Of a stretch of DNA of 27,180 nt, positions 1 to 6,000 are shown in pieces; the first letter of the stretch is position 1; the number at the start of each line of letters is the position of its first letter. The DNA is from a virus. Lineage: Duplodnaviria; Heunggongvirae; Uroviricota; Caudoviricetes. Made by a program: the position numbers and the translations under genes. Below the pieces are notes generated by a model. The model was not told the origin of the DNA, did not search any database, and saw only the letters and a program-made list of their open reading frames with translations. The stretch is taken from IMG/VR virus record IMGVR_UViG_2740892115_000003; one strand, 5' to 3'.

Positions 1-1005
1 TTAATCCCCCGTGGACACTGCGTGGACACTCACGCCACCTTTCAGCGGATTAAGGGCCACCGCATCCTGCAGGTAATCCGGTGCAAAATGTGCATATGCC
101 ATTGTTTGCTGAATGGTTGCGTGGCCAAGAATCTTCTGAAGCGCAATAATGTTTCCTCCGTTCATCACAAAATGACTGGCGAACGTATGCCGCAGCACAT
201 GCGCAGCCTGGCCTTTTGGCAAATCGGGCTTAACCCTTTTCAGCGCCAGGCAGAATTCCCGGTACTTCACCTCAAACAAGTTGCCTGTTTCTCTGGTTCT
301 GATCGCCTCACAAACCGCCTGTGAAATTGGCACCGTTCTCTTCCGGCCATTTTTAGTTTCAAGAAACGTTACACGGTTATGAACTATCTGTTCACCACGA
401 AGCTTACAAGCTTCACTCCAGCGCGCCCCTGTGCTTAAACACAAAAGCGCAACACGCCAGTAGTCGCCCTCCAGTGTATCGAGCAATAGCGCCACTTCCT
501 TCTGTGACAGGAACGCCATTTCTCGTGGAGATACATAAAGAATAGAAATTCCCCTTACTGGATGTTCTGCATCCCAAAGACCTATTTTTTTCAGCACGGT
601 AAACATTCCGGATAACCGATTCATGTACCTGTTAGCAGATGACGGTTTCAATCCAGCAGCTATCTTTTGAGAACGCCACGCGATAATTTTCAGCTTATCA
701 AGATCCACAGCCTGCATATCAGCGCCAAGCTCATTGATTATGTTGCACAGTTGTTTTCGGTCTTCTTCCGCCTTACGCCTGTGTTGACCGTGATACATCC
801 ACCACAACTCAAGCAAATCATTTAGCGTTCGGCGATCACGGTAGCCCTGTATATATTCCCGCTTTTCAGCGTTCGCCATGATGTAGCGTTCAGTGGCCAC
901 CGCTACCGATTTTTTGTCAAATACCTTACGCACGCGCTTTCCCTTGCGTCCGTTCGGCCTGATGTCCAGCAAATAACGACCATCTTCGAGCTTCTTAATT
1001 GACAT
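1..1005 (-). CDS. int: Tyrosine recombinase, P2/186-type phage integrase
   Basis: The ORF-track frame 1..1020 begins at a TTG. The ATG at 1005 is preceded by GGAGGG at 7 nt spacing. The C-terminus has tyrosine-recombinase motifs (ARWSEA..., HVLRHTFASHF, ILGHATIQQTMAYAHF). It lies next to the C repressor as in P2. The stop codon is at 1-3, so att lies outside the window. Confidence 0.92.
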   Translation of the reverse strand: MSIKKLEDGRYLLDIRPNGRKGKRVRKVFDKKSVAVATERYIMANAEKREYIQGYRDRRTLNDLLELWWMYHGQHRRKAEEDRKQLCNIINELGADMQAVDLDKLKIIAWRSQKIAAGLKPSSANRYMNRLSGMFTVLKKIGLWDAEHPVRGISILYVSPREMAFLSQKEVALLLDTLEGDYWRVALLCLSTGARWSEACKLRGEQIVHNRVTFLETKNGRKRTVPISQAVCEAIRTRETGNLFEVKYREFCLALKRVKPDLPKGQAAHVLRHTFASHFVMNGGNIIALQKILGHATIQQTMAYAHFAPDYLQDAVALNPLKGGVSVHAVSTGD

Positions 1006-1101
1006 TGCGAAGCCCTCCAATGAACCGCCCTACAATTTCTCCAGCCTCTTTCCAGCAATAATCAGACCAGACAAAGAGCAGGTCTAACCAGTTTTCTGGC
1101 C

Positions 1102-1440
1102 TTAGCGGGGTGATTTTTGGTTTGTTTCGGTTGAAACCTGATCGCCCTCCGAATCGAAGAAGCCATCAAGAGAGAGAGGCGGAGCAATCTGCCCCGTCGC
1201 AGCATTAGTTTGATTAAACATCACCCAATCCGAATACTTCCGAAAACGAGGATGATTCAAAATCAGGAGTAACGTTTCTCCAGGTATCATTCTTCCCAAT
1301 ATTTCATAATTTTTGAGATTGTATTGAGATACCCCTGTCACCTCCTCCATCTCTCTACGTGACAATCCCTCTGCCTCTCGAATCAGGCGAAGTTTTTCTC
1401 CAAGGCTTGATTTATGGATCATATGTGATCTAAACTCCAT
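1102..1440 (-). CDS. C: Immunity repressor, P2 C-type (HTH)
   Basis: The product has an N-terminal HTH (LSRREMEEVTGVSQYNLKNYE). Its C-terminal half, ILNHPRFRKYSDWVMFNQTNAATGQIAPPLS, aligns with P2 C (ILQTPQFTKYTLWFMTNQIAPESGQIAPALA, from memory). It is divergent from cox. The start could instead be the ATG at 1422. Confidence 0.85.
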   Translation of the reverse strand: MEFRSHMIHKSSLGEKLRLIREAEGLSRREMEEVTGVSQYNLKNYEILGRMIPGETLLLILNHPRFRKYSDWVMFNQTNAATGQIAPPLSLDGFFDSEGDQVSTETNQKSPR

Positions 1441-1537
1441 GCTATTGGGTTACATGTGATACAAAACATTCAAATAGCCAAAATAAGCCTATATAAGCCA
1501 TTTTGGGCCATTTGGACGAATTAAGGAGATTACCACA
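1441..1537. promoter_or_regulatory. C/cox transcriptional switch region (face-to-face Pe/Pc promoters and operators)
   Basis: This is the intergenic region between the divergent C and cox genes. A candidate Pe has TTCAAA (1469-1474), 17 nt spacing, then TATAAG (1492-1497). Four 10-bp-phased repeats end in GCCA/GCCT/GCCA/GCCA (1471-1510). They resemble direct-repeat C operators or cox boxes. Confidence 0.6.
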
Positions 1538-1825
1538 ATGAGCGAATCAGAGCTTGAGGGGTTCATTCAGGTAGCACCATATCCACTTGAAGCGGTGCCA
1601 TATCAACTATTTGCCAAGATGATTGGTCGCAAAGAATCAACCGTCAGAACCATGATTGACGCTGCAAAGTTACCAACGATTGACTTTGTAAAACCAGGTT
1701 CAGTGAAGACGCGAGCATCAGAAAACTGGGTATATCTGCCAGCATTTAACGCAGGTATGCGCAAAGCGTTTTTTGATCAGCCGAAAGAACGCCGCGATGC
1801 ATGGTTGTTGTGGCTGGGGCTTTAA
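1538..1825 (+). CDS. cox: Cox-like excisionase / Pc repressor
   Basis: VPYQLFAKMIGRKESTVRTMIDAAKLPTIDF...NWVYLPAFNAGM...RRDAWLLWLGL aligns with P2 Cox (IPYQEFAKLIGKSTGAVRRMIDKGKLPVID...YWVYLPAWNNGL...IRDGWLMWLGL, from memory). An AAGGAG ribosome-binding site lies upstream. Confidence 0.85.
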   Translation: MSESELEGFIQVAPYPLEAVPYQLFAKMIGRKESTVRTMIDAAKLPTIDFVKPGSVKTRASENWVYLPAFNAGMRKAFFDQPKERRDAWLLWLGL

Positions 1826-1831
1826 TCATAA

Positions 1832-2038
1832 ATGACCAGCAATATCACCAGCGCCATTTTGGACCTTGTATTCCTAGAAGTGGGTGTAATAGCGATTTAT
1901 CTGCTTAGCAAGCTAACAGGACAAAAAGAACGCTTTATTGTTCTCAACGTTCATTACCTCGCCGCTTATGCCAGAGGTCTTTTTCCGATCACCATTGGTG
2001 CGGTGCTCATGGCGTTTGTTATTTGGCTCATCGGGTAG
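1832..2038 (+). CDS. Small hydrophobic protein (two predicted TM segments), function unknown
   Basis: This is a 68-aa ORF directly after cox. It has two long hydrophobic stretches (AILDLVFLEVGVIAIYLL and FPITIGAVLMAFVIWLI). Confidence 0.55.
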   Translation: MTSNITSAILDLVFLEVGVIAIYLLSKLTGQKERFIVLNVHYLAAYARGLFPITIGAVLMAFVIWLIG

Positions 2039-2049
2039 AGGCACGAAAA

Positions 2050-2508
2050 ATGAATAAGCAACAGCGAAATGGCAAGCCCCATAACACGGGACTTCGTCGC
2101 AATTACTTTGAAAATGGGCGTTATGCCGGGGAAGTAAATAGGTACGGAGTTTTTGACATGAAGCAACAGTGCAATTCTTCACAGCAGCGCTTCCGCAACG
2201 GTGCGGAACGCCATGCTAACCGTTTCGCTACCAGTGCATCACGCAGCAGCTCTCGCTACAGCCTGAGCGAAACGCATGCAACACCAGACGGACACGCTGT
2301 AAAACAAATCGGCGAGCACACCTGGCTGATTGAGAAAGCAGGAATCGTGGTTCACAGATGCCCACGCAATCCGTTTACCGGAAACCGCATTTTTGCTCTG
2401 AGCAACGGCGACAATCACTTCGGACAGGATTTCACATTATACGAAGCACTTCGCACGGTTGATCGTCTGCTTCGCGGGCAAAGTTTTATTAAACAGGCTG
2501 ATTTATAA
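2050..2508 (+). CDS. Hypothetical early protein (basic N-terminus)
   Basis: The ORF-track frame is 2023..2508. The ATG at 2050 follows GAGG at 8 nt spacing and comes just after the upstream stop. I recognise no family. Confidence 0.6.
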   Translation: MNKQQRNGKPHNTGLRRNYFENGRYAGEVNRYGVFDMKQQCNSSQQRFRNGAERHANRFATSASRSSSRYSLSETHATPDGHAVKQIGEHTWLIEKAGIVVHRCPRNPFTGNRIFALSNGDNHFGQDFTLYEALRTVDRLLRGQSFIKQADL

Positions 2509-2518
2509 CAGGTGCTTT

Positions 2519-2806
2519 ATGACCAAAGAGCATGCACAAGGTGTATTTATCCGTTTTATTGATTTTCGCGGTGAACTGTTATTACGCGCATCCGCTATTG
2601 ATGGAGTGGCTCCGGCGGGTAAAAACGGAGCCGACGAAGCCACTTACGTTTATCTGAACGGCACGCGACTGCTTGTGGAACTTCCGTACCAGACCGTACG
2701 AGAAATCATTAGTGAAGCTGAAAAGGCACGCCTGGCTAATGGCGATGAACCCTATATCGAAATTATTTGTATGGATTCAGAAACTGAAATTCAGAAAGCA
2801 GATTAA
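2519..2806 (+). CDS. Hypothetical early protein
   Basis: The ATG at 2519 lies within track frame 2459..2806. It is tightly packed in the early operon. I recognise no family. Confidence 0.6.
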   Translation: MTKEHAQGVFIRFIDFRGELLLRASAIDGVAPAGKNGADEATYVYLNGTRLLVELPYQTVREIISEAEKARLANGDEPYIEIICMDSETEIQKAD

Positions 2807-2817
2807 AGGGCGTTGCG

Positions 2818-3060
2818 ATGGGCAAAGAATATAAAACTCTCATTAACAAAGCACTTGAGCGTTTTTATTTTCGCTTAAGTGCATCAGGCGCTCATGCTGA
2901 ACGTGCAGCCCGTGACTCATTGACCAGGGCAATCCGGAGTCTGTATGACGTGGCTTTTTACGCTGATGATCTGGATGCACTTAACGAACTTTCCGAGCTG
3001 ATCTGTGCCGCAGAATGCGGGGAACATATTGAACCGTATAAGCTGAGGAATATTGCATGA
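2818..3060 (+). CDS. Hypothetical early protein (helical)
   Basis: This is an 80-aa ORF with an AAGGG ribosome-binding site. It is packed in the operon. Confidence 0.65.
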   Translation: MGKEYKTLINKALERFYFRLSASGAHAERAARDSLTRAIRSLYDVAFYADDLDALNELSELICAAECGEHIEPYKLRNIA

Positions 3061-3170
3061 GTATATTTATCTCATGGCTTGTTCTGATTATTTCGGTAGC
3101 CTGCGCCATTGGGATTATGCGAATTATTCATTCAGTAAAAAAGATTGAACGCTTTTTCACTGGTGAATAA
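3057..3170 (+). CDS. Possible 37-aa single-TM peptide (absent from the ORF track)
   Basis: Its ATG at 3057 overlaps the upstream TGA in an ATGA junction. Hand translation gives MSIFISWLVLIISVACAIGIMRIIHSVKKIERFFTGE, a hydrophobic core followed by a basic tail. Confidence 0.3.
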   Translation: MSIFISWLVLIISVACAIGIMRIIHSVKKIERFFTGE

Positions 3171-3263
3171 CGATACAAATAAAGCATCAAATTAAATAAG
3201 AAAACGTGAAAACCTTCCGTATTAACGGAGGTATTCGCACACGCAAATAACGGAGATACAAAA

Positions 3264-3674
3264 ATGCACGCAAAAGAAGAAGGTATCATCAGAGCACTGA
3301 AAGAAATTTCAAAGACAGAAAACGAAGTAGCGAAAAAAGCCGTGGCAAATGCACATATGGACGTCGCAACCCACACACTGATAGTCGCAAGAGTCACGGC
3401 AGAAGCAGCCGAAATTATCGCAAAACAGGATGCTGAACTGGCGGTTCTCAGAACACAACCAGTCACCGGACTGGATTTGTCTAACACCGGACGCCTTATT
3501 TACACAATTGGCTCGGAGCTACAGCGATACACCATTATCGCCGGATTACAGGATAAATACCTGATCACTCCTCACCCCATAAGGGAATCAGAAATTCTGA
3601 CAAATCTCCGCCTGATAGAGCGCTCTCAAGTCGCATTCATTGATGACGCACAGCGCACCGTATTTAACGCATAG
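3264..3674 (+). CDS. Hypothetical early protein
   Basis: This is a 136-aa ORF with a GGAG ribosome-binding site. Its composition is protein-like, unlike the antisense ORF 3128..3487. Confidence 0.65.
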   Translation: MHAKEEGIIRALKEISKTENEVAKKAVANAHMDVATHTLIVARVTAEAAEIIAKQDAELAVLRTQPVTGLDLSNTGRLIYTIGSELQRYTIIAGLQDKYLITPHPIRESEILTNLRLIERSQVAFIDDAQRTVFNA

Positions 3675-3679
3675 GGTTA

Positions 3680-3901
3680 TTGGACAAAGGGGGCGCAGTG
3701 GCAATTAAGCGTTTTTCCGTCATTCGTTTCACCTCCAGAGGGCGTGAATACGAAGTTGACGAACGGCTGATTAAAACGATCGACCGTCACCGTTCGCAAC
3801 CTGACGCGCATCACATTTATCTCACTGACGACACTTACTTCTGCGCCACCAACGTGGTGCAGGTGAATCTTATCAGACTGGTACAGGAGTCACGCAGATG
3901 A
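3680..3901 (+). CDS. Hypothetical early protein
   Basis: The track start is a TTG at 3680. An alternative GTG at 3698 follows AAGGGGG. Its stop overlaps the next gene's start. Confidence 0.55.
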   Translation: MDKGGAVAIKRFSVIRFTSRGREYEVDERLIKTIDRHRSQPDAHHIYLTDDTYFCATNVVQVNLIRLVQESRR

Positions 3902-4143
3902 CCATTCTGGACTACATCGCCGCCAATCCGGGTTGTAGCGGTGGAGAAATCGCCGCAGCACTGAATACCCCAACCACAGCCATTAATGCGGAGTTACGCC
4001 GACTCTGGCGCAGCGGTTCAGTCATAAGAAAAGAGCGCAAAACAGGTGGTCGCTTTTCTTACCAGATAAACCCGATGCCGTTCGGGTGCGGCAATCCACT
4101 TACCAACATGTTTAACCAGCTACTGAAGGAAGCCAGAGCATGA
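3898..4143 (+). CDS. Small winged-helix DNA-binding protein (putative)
   Basis: MTILDYIAANPGCSGGEIAAALNTPTTAINAELRRLWRSGSVIRKER has a typical wHTH layout. It is coupled to its neighbours by an ATGA overlap. Confidence 0.7.
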   Translation: MTILDYIAANPGCSGGEIAAALNTPTTAINAELRRLWRSGSVIRKERKTGGRFSYQINPMPFGCGNPLTNMFNQLLKEARA

Positions 4144-4439
4144 GCACCATCAACCACCAGGAACTACGCGAACTGGCGACTGACCTGCAACGAATGGCAA
4201 CGCATCAAAAATTACTGGCGTTTCGCGCAATGCTCTCGCCATCTGCCGTGCTGGCACTGCTGGATGAGCTGGAGCACGCCAGAACCATGGCTCCTGCCAT
4301 TCGTCTGACGCTCCATCATGAAATCAAGGATTTCTGCGCGACGCTGGAGTCACCAGGTGAATCAGAAACGCCGGAAGCAATGCAGCAGGAGCTGCTGCAA
4401 CGCATCGACAACGTTTTCGATTTTTTCCTTAACCAGTAA
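4140..4439 (+). CDS. Hypothetical early protein (acidic, helical)
   Basis: This is a 99-aa ORF with an ATGA overlap to the upstream gene. Confidence 0.65.
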   Translation: MSTINHQELRELATDLQRMATHQKLLAFRAMLSPSAVLALLDELEHARTMAPAIRLTLHHEIKDFCATLESPGESETPEAMQQELLQRIDNVFDFFLNQ

Positions 4440-4453
4440 GGGAGTAAATCACA

Positions 4454-5005
4454 ATGAAACTCAAACCAATGGGTACACCTGGTGTGGCTCCGGCACATGT
4501 AAAACCATGGACACAGCAGGAGGATGAACTTTTAGCCACGTTATACCACTCCCACACAGCGCCGGAGCTGACAAAACACCTTCAGAGAACCGAGTCAGCA
4601 ATACGAAGTCGCATCCGTCTTTTGCTCTCTCAGGGGGTTATTCACGCCAAACGCCCCCACCTGAGCACAAAAGAACTCAGCATGCTCATCAGGAATCGCC
4701 ACACAAAAACTATCCGGGAACTCGCGAATGAGCTGGGGCGCTCGCCATCCACGGTGGAACTGAACCTGAGAAAAAGAGGGTATCGGTTCAGGAAATACGG
4801 GGAACTCCACCACAGAACCAGATACAGCGATCACCTGGTGGAGTTGGTAACTGAACTGCGTGATGAGAAGGGGATGACATTCAGCGAAATCAGGAAGCAC
4901 ATCCGGGACACAGCCGGGATATCCCTTAAAAGATGGGTTCCCGCCCGGCTTTACGCACGATATACCGCCGCTGACACCGTGCTTTGCGAACTGCTACCGG
5001 ACTGA
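4454..5005 (+). CDS. Myb/SANT-like HTH DNA-binding protein (putative regulator)
   Basis: An AAGGGAG ribosome-binding site lies upstream. KPWTQQEDELLATLY...TESAIRSRIRLL is Myb/SANT-like. A second HTH-like segment is TIRELANELGRSPSTVELNLRKRG. Confidence 0.75.
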   Translation: MKLKPMGTPGVAPAHVKPWTQQEDELLATLYHSHTAPELTKHLQRTESAIRSRIRLLLSQGVIHAKRPHLSTKELSMLIRNRHTKTIRELANELGRSPSTVELNLRKRGYRFRKYGELHHRTRYSDHLVELVTELRDEKGMTFSEIRKHIRDTAGISLKRWVPARLYARYTAADTVLCELLPD

Positions 5006-5094
5006 GTAACCACTATGCACACACAAAAAAACCGCTTGCCATGCCGCAATCAGTCAGGTTACATTTTCGCTGCACCTCATAAAACGGGTGCCGG

Positions 5095-5120
5095 GTTTCG
5101 CAGCCTGCTGACAACCAAAG
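5095..5120 (+). promoter_or_regulatory. Upstream pair of boxes complementary to the 5188-5263 RNA (analogue of P1 a1/b1 or P4 seqA)
   Basis: TTCGCAG (5097-5103) and CAACCAAAG (5112-5120) are exact complements of 5241-5247 and 5226-5234. Confidence 0.4.
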
Positions 5121-5152
5121 CGCACAACCGCGCCAGCGGTTTTTTTGTGCGT
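5121..5152 (+). terminator. Intrinsic terminator-like hairpin with U-tract
   Basis: AACCGC (5126-5131), a GCCA loop, GCGGTT (5136-5141) and a T-run through 5146 (7 T in total). The outer arms CGCACAA and TTGTGCG could extend the stem. Confidence 0.5.
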
Positions 5153-5187
5153 ACTGTATTGCCACGTTTTTTTCGCACACGAATTAT

Positions 5188-5263
5188 GGCGGGGCGTACG
5201 GGGCCGACTTCGGTCGGGCCGGGTTCTTTGGTTGCCGGTACTGCGAACCCCGTACGTCTCGCC
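5188..5263 (+). ncRNA. Putative cis-encoded antisense regulatory RNA (P1 c4 / P4 CI-like architecture)
   Basis: The hand fold has a 16-bp closing helix, 5188-5203 with 5248-5263. Two of its pairs are G-U wobbles valid only on the plus strand. Inside are hairpin 5204-5217 with a C(UUCG)G loop, hairpin 5218-5239, and a single-stranded junction 5240-5247. The 3' flank is ACCCA. The loop and junction carry the antisense boxes. No credible ORF covers this region. Confidence 0.6.
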
Positions 5264-5270
5264 ACCCACA

Positions 5271-5318
5271 GTTTCGCAGCTCTGGATGGTGAGTTTTCAA
5301 AACTTACAACCAAAGAGG
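5271..5318 (+). promoter_or_regulatory. Downstream target boxes overlapping the ribosome-binding site of the 5326 ORF (analogue of P1 a2/b2 or P4 seqC)
   Basis: TTCGCAG (5273-5279) and CAACCAAAGA (5307-5316) complement 5241-5247 and 5225-5234. The second box overlaps the AAGAGG Shine-Dalgarno (5313-5318), which sits 7 nt before the ATG at 5326. A small hairpin (5292-5304) lies between the boxes. Confidence 0.5.
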
Positions 5319-5325
5319 CCACACC

Positions 5326-5556
5326 ATGGCAAACCGCAAACAGCACCGCGCTATCGCGGAGCGTCGTCACATCCAGACTGAAATCGATCGCAGACTCACC
5401 CGCGCCGCACACATCGCCTTTATCATGCAATCCAACACATTGCACAGACTCAACAGCACTATTTCAGCCGACTACTGCGCCGCTGTATTCAGCTATCTGG
5501 CGGAAGACCTCCTGTCTCTTCAGGATCTCATCCAGCAGCAAAACAAACTCCATTAA
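5326..5556 (+). CDS. Small protein at the icd/eta position downstream of the antisense RNA, function unknown
   Basis: This is a 76-aa ORF with a good AAGAGG ribosome-binding site. Its helical composition is plausible. The competing overlapping ORFs look spurious. Confidence 0.55.
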   Translation: MANRKQHRAIAERRHIQTEIDRRLTRAAHIAFIMQSNTLHRLNSTISADYCAAVFSYLAEDLLSLQDLIQQQNKLH

Positions 5557-5628
5557 TTCCTGTTCCGGGCCTTTCTTGCACCTTGCGGCGGGAGGCCTTC
5601 GCACATCTGTAACCAGAGGATTGCCGCA

Positions 5629-5994
5629 ATGATTCTCGCCAACGACTTTCTTGAATACCTGCTCAACACAGAGCGTGATCTTGCCGTTCGCGTGCGTGAC
5701 CGTTATGACATGTACCTGAAATCCCTGCCTGTACCGCAGCTCGCTGACGGAAAGATTGTTATTGATGGCCGCTACATGATTGACAGCCACGAGGGAAATT
5801 ACAGGCTTTACCGCATTGAAGGTGGCACCCCGTCCGTTATTGGCATTTACCAGCGCCCATCCTCTGCAATCGTCGATGTGATTGCCGACAGCATCCGCAT
5901 CACACATCGCCATGCCGACACAGAAGACACCGTGCTGGAAATTCAGCGGCTGGCTGCCGTCTGCCGCGACACCCTGAATGGCATGACGAAGTAA
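5629..5994 (+). CDS. Hypothetical protein immediately upstream of A
   Basis: This is a 121-aa ORF with an AGAGGA ribosome-binding site. It ends 6 nt before the A start. I recognise no family. Confidence 0.6.
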   Translation: MILANDFLEYLLNTERDLAVRVRDRYDMYLKSLPVPQLADGKIVIDGRYMIDSHEGNYRLYRIEGGTPSVIGIYQRPSSAIVDVIADSIRITHRHADTEDTVLEIQRLAAVCRDTLNGMTK

Positions 5995-6000
5995 ATCACT

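Noticed and set aside
3128-3487. 119-aa very hydrophobic minus-strand ORF
   Set aside because: It is antisense to the better-supported 3264-3674 gene, which has a ribosome-binding site, operon context and normal composition. Its hydrophobicity is a by-product of the complementary A/E/K-rich codons.
5019-5265. Retron msr/msd (flanking inverted repeats plus a long stable stem-loop)
   Set aside because: No reverse transcriptase ORF follows; the downstream ORFs are 76 and 121 aa with no RT motifs. The long hairpin also lies outside, not between, the inverted repeats.
5188-5266. tRNA gene (7-bp acceptor-like stem, 76 nt, ACCCA tail)
   Set aside because: The acceptor-like helix continues coaxially for 16 bp. 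There is no 5-bp T-stem with a 7-nt T-loop next to the 3' strand, and no D-arm or anticodon-arm geometry. It is better explained as an RNase P-substrate-like regulatory RNA.
5015-5632. 205-aa plus-strand ORF covering the non-coding RNA locus
   Set aside because: The product is rich in S, T, R and P and of low complexity. It is overlapped by four other ORFs in other frames. It runs straight through a terminator-like hairpin and a 16-bp helix. The ORF at 5326 has a far better ribosome-binding site.
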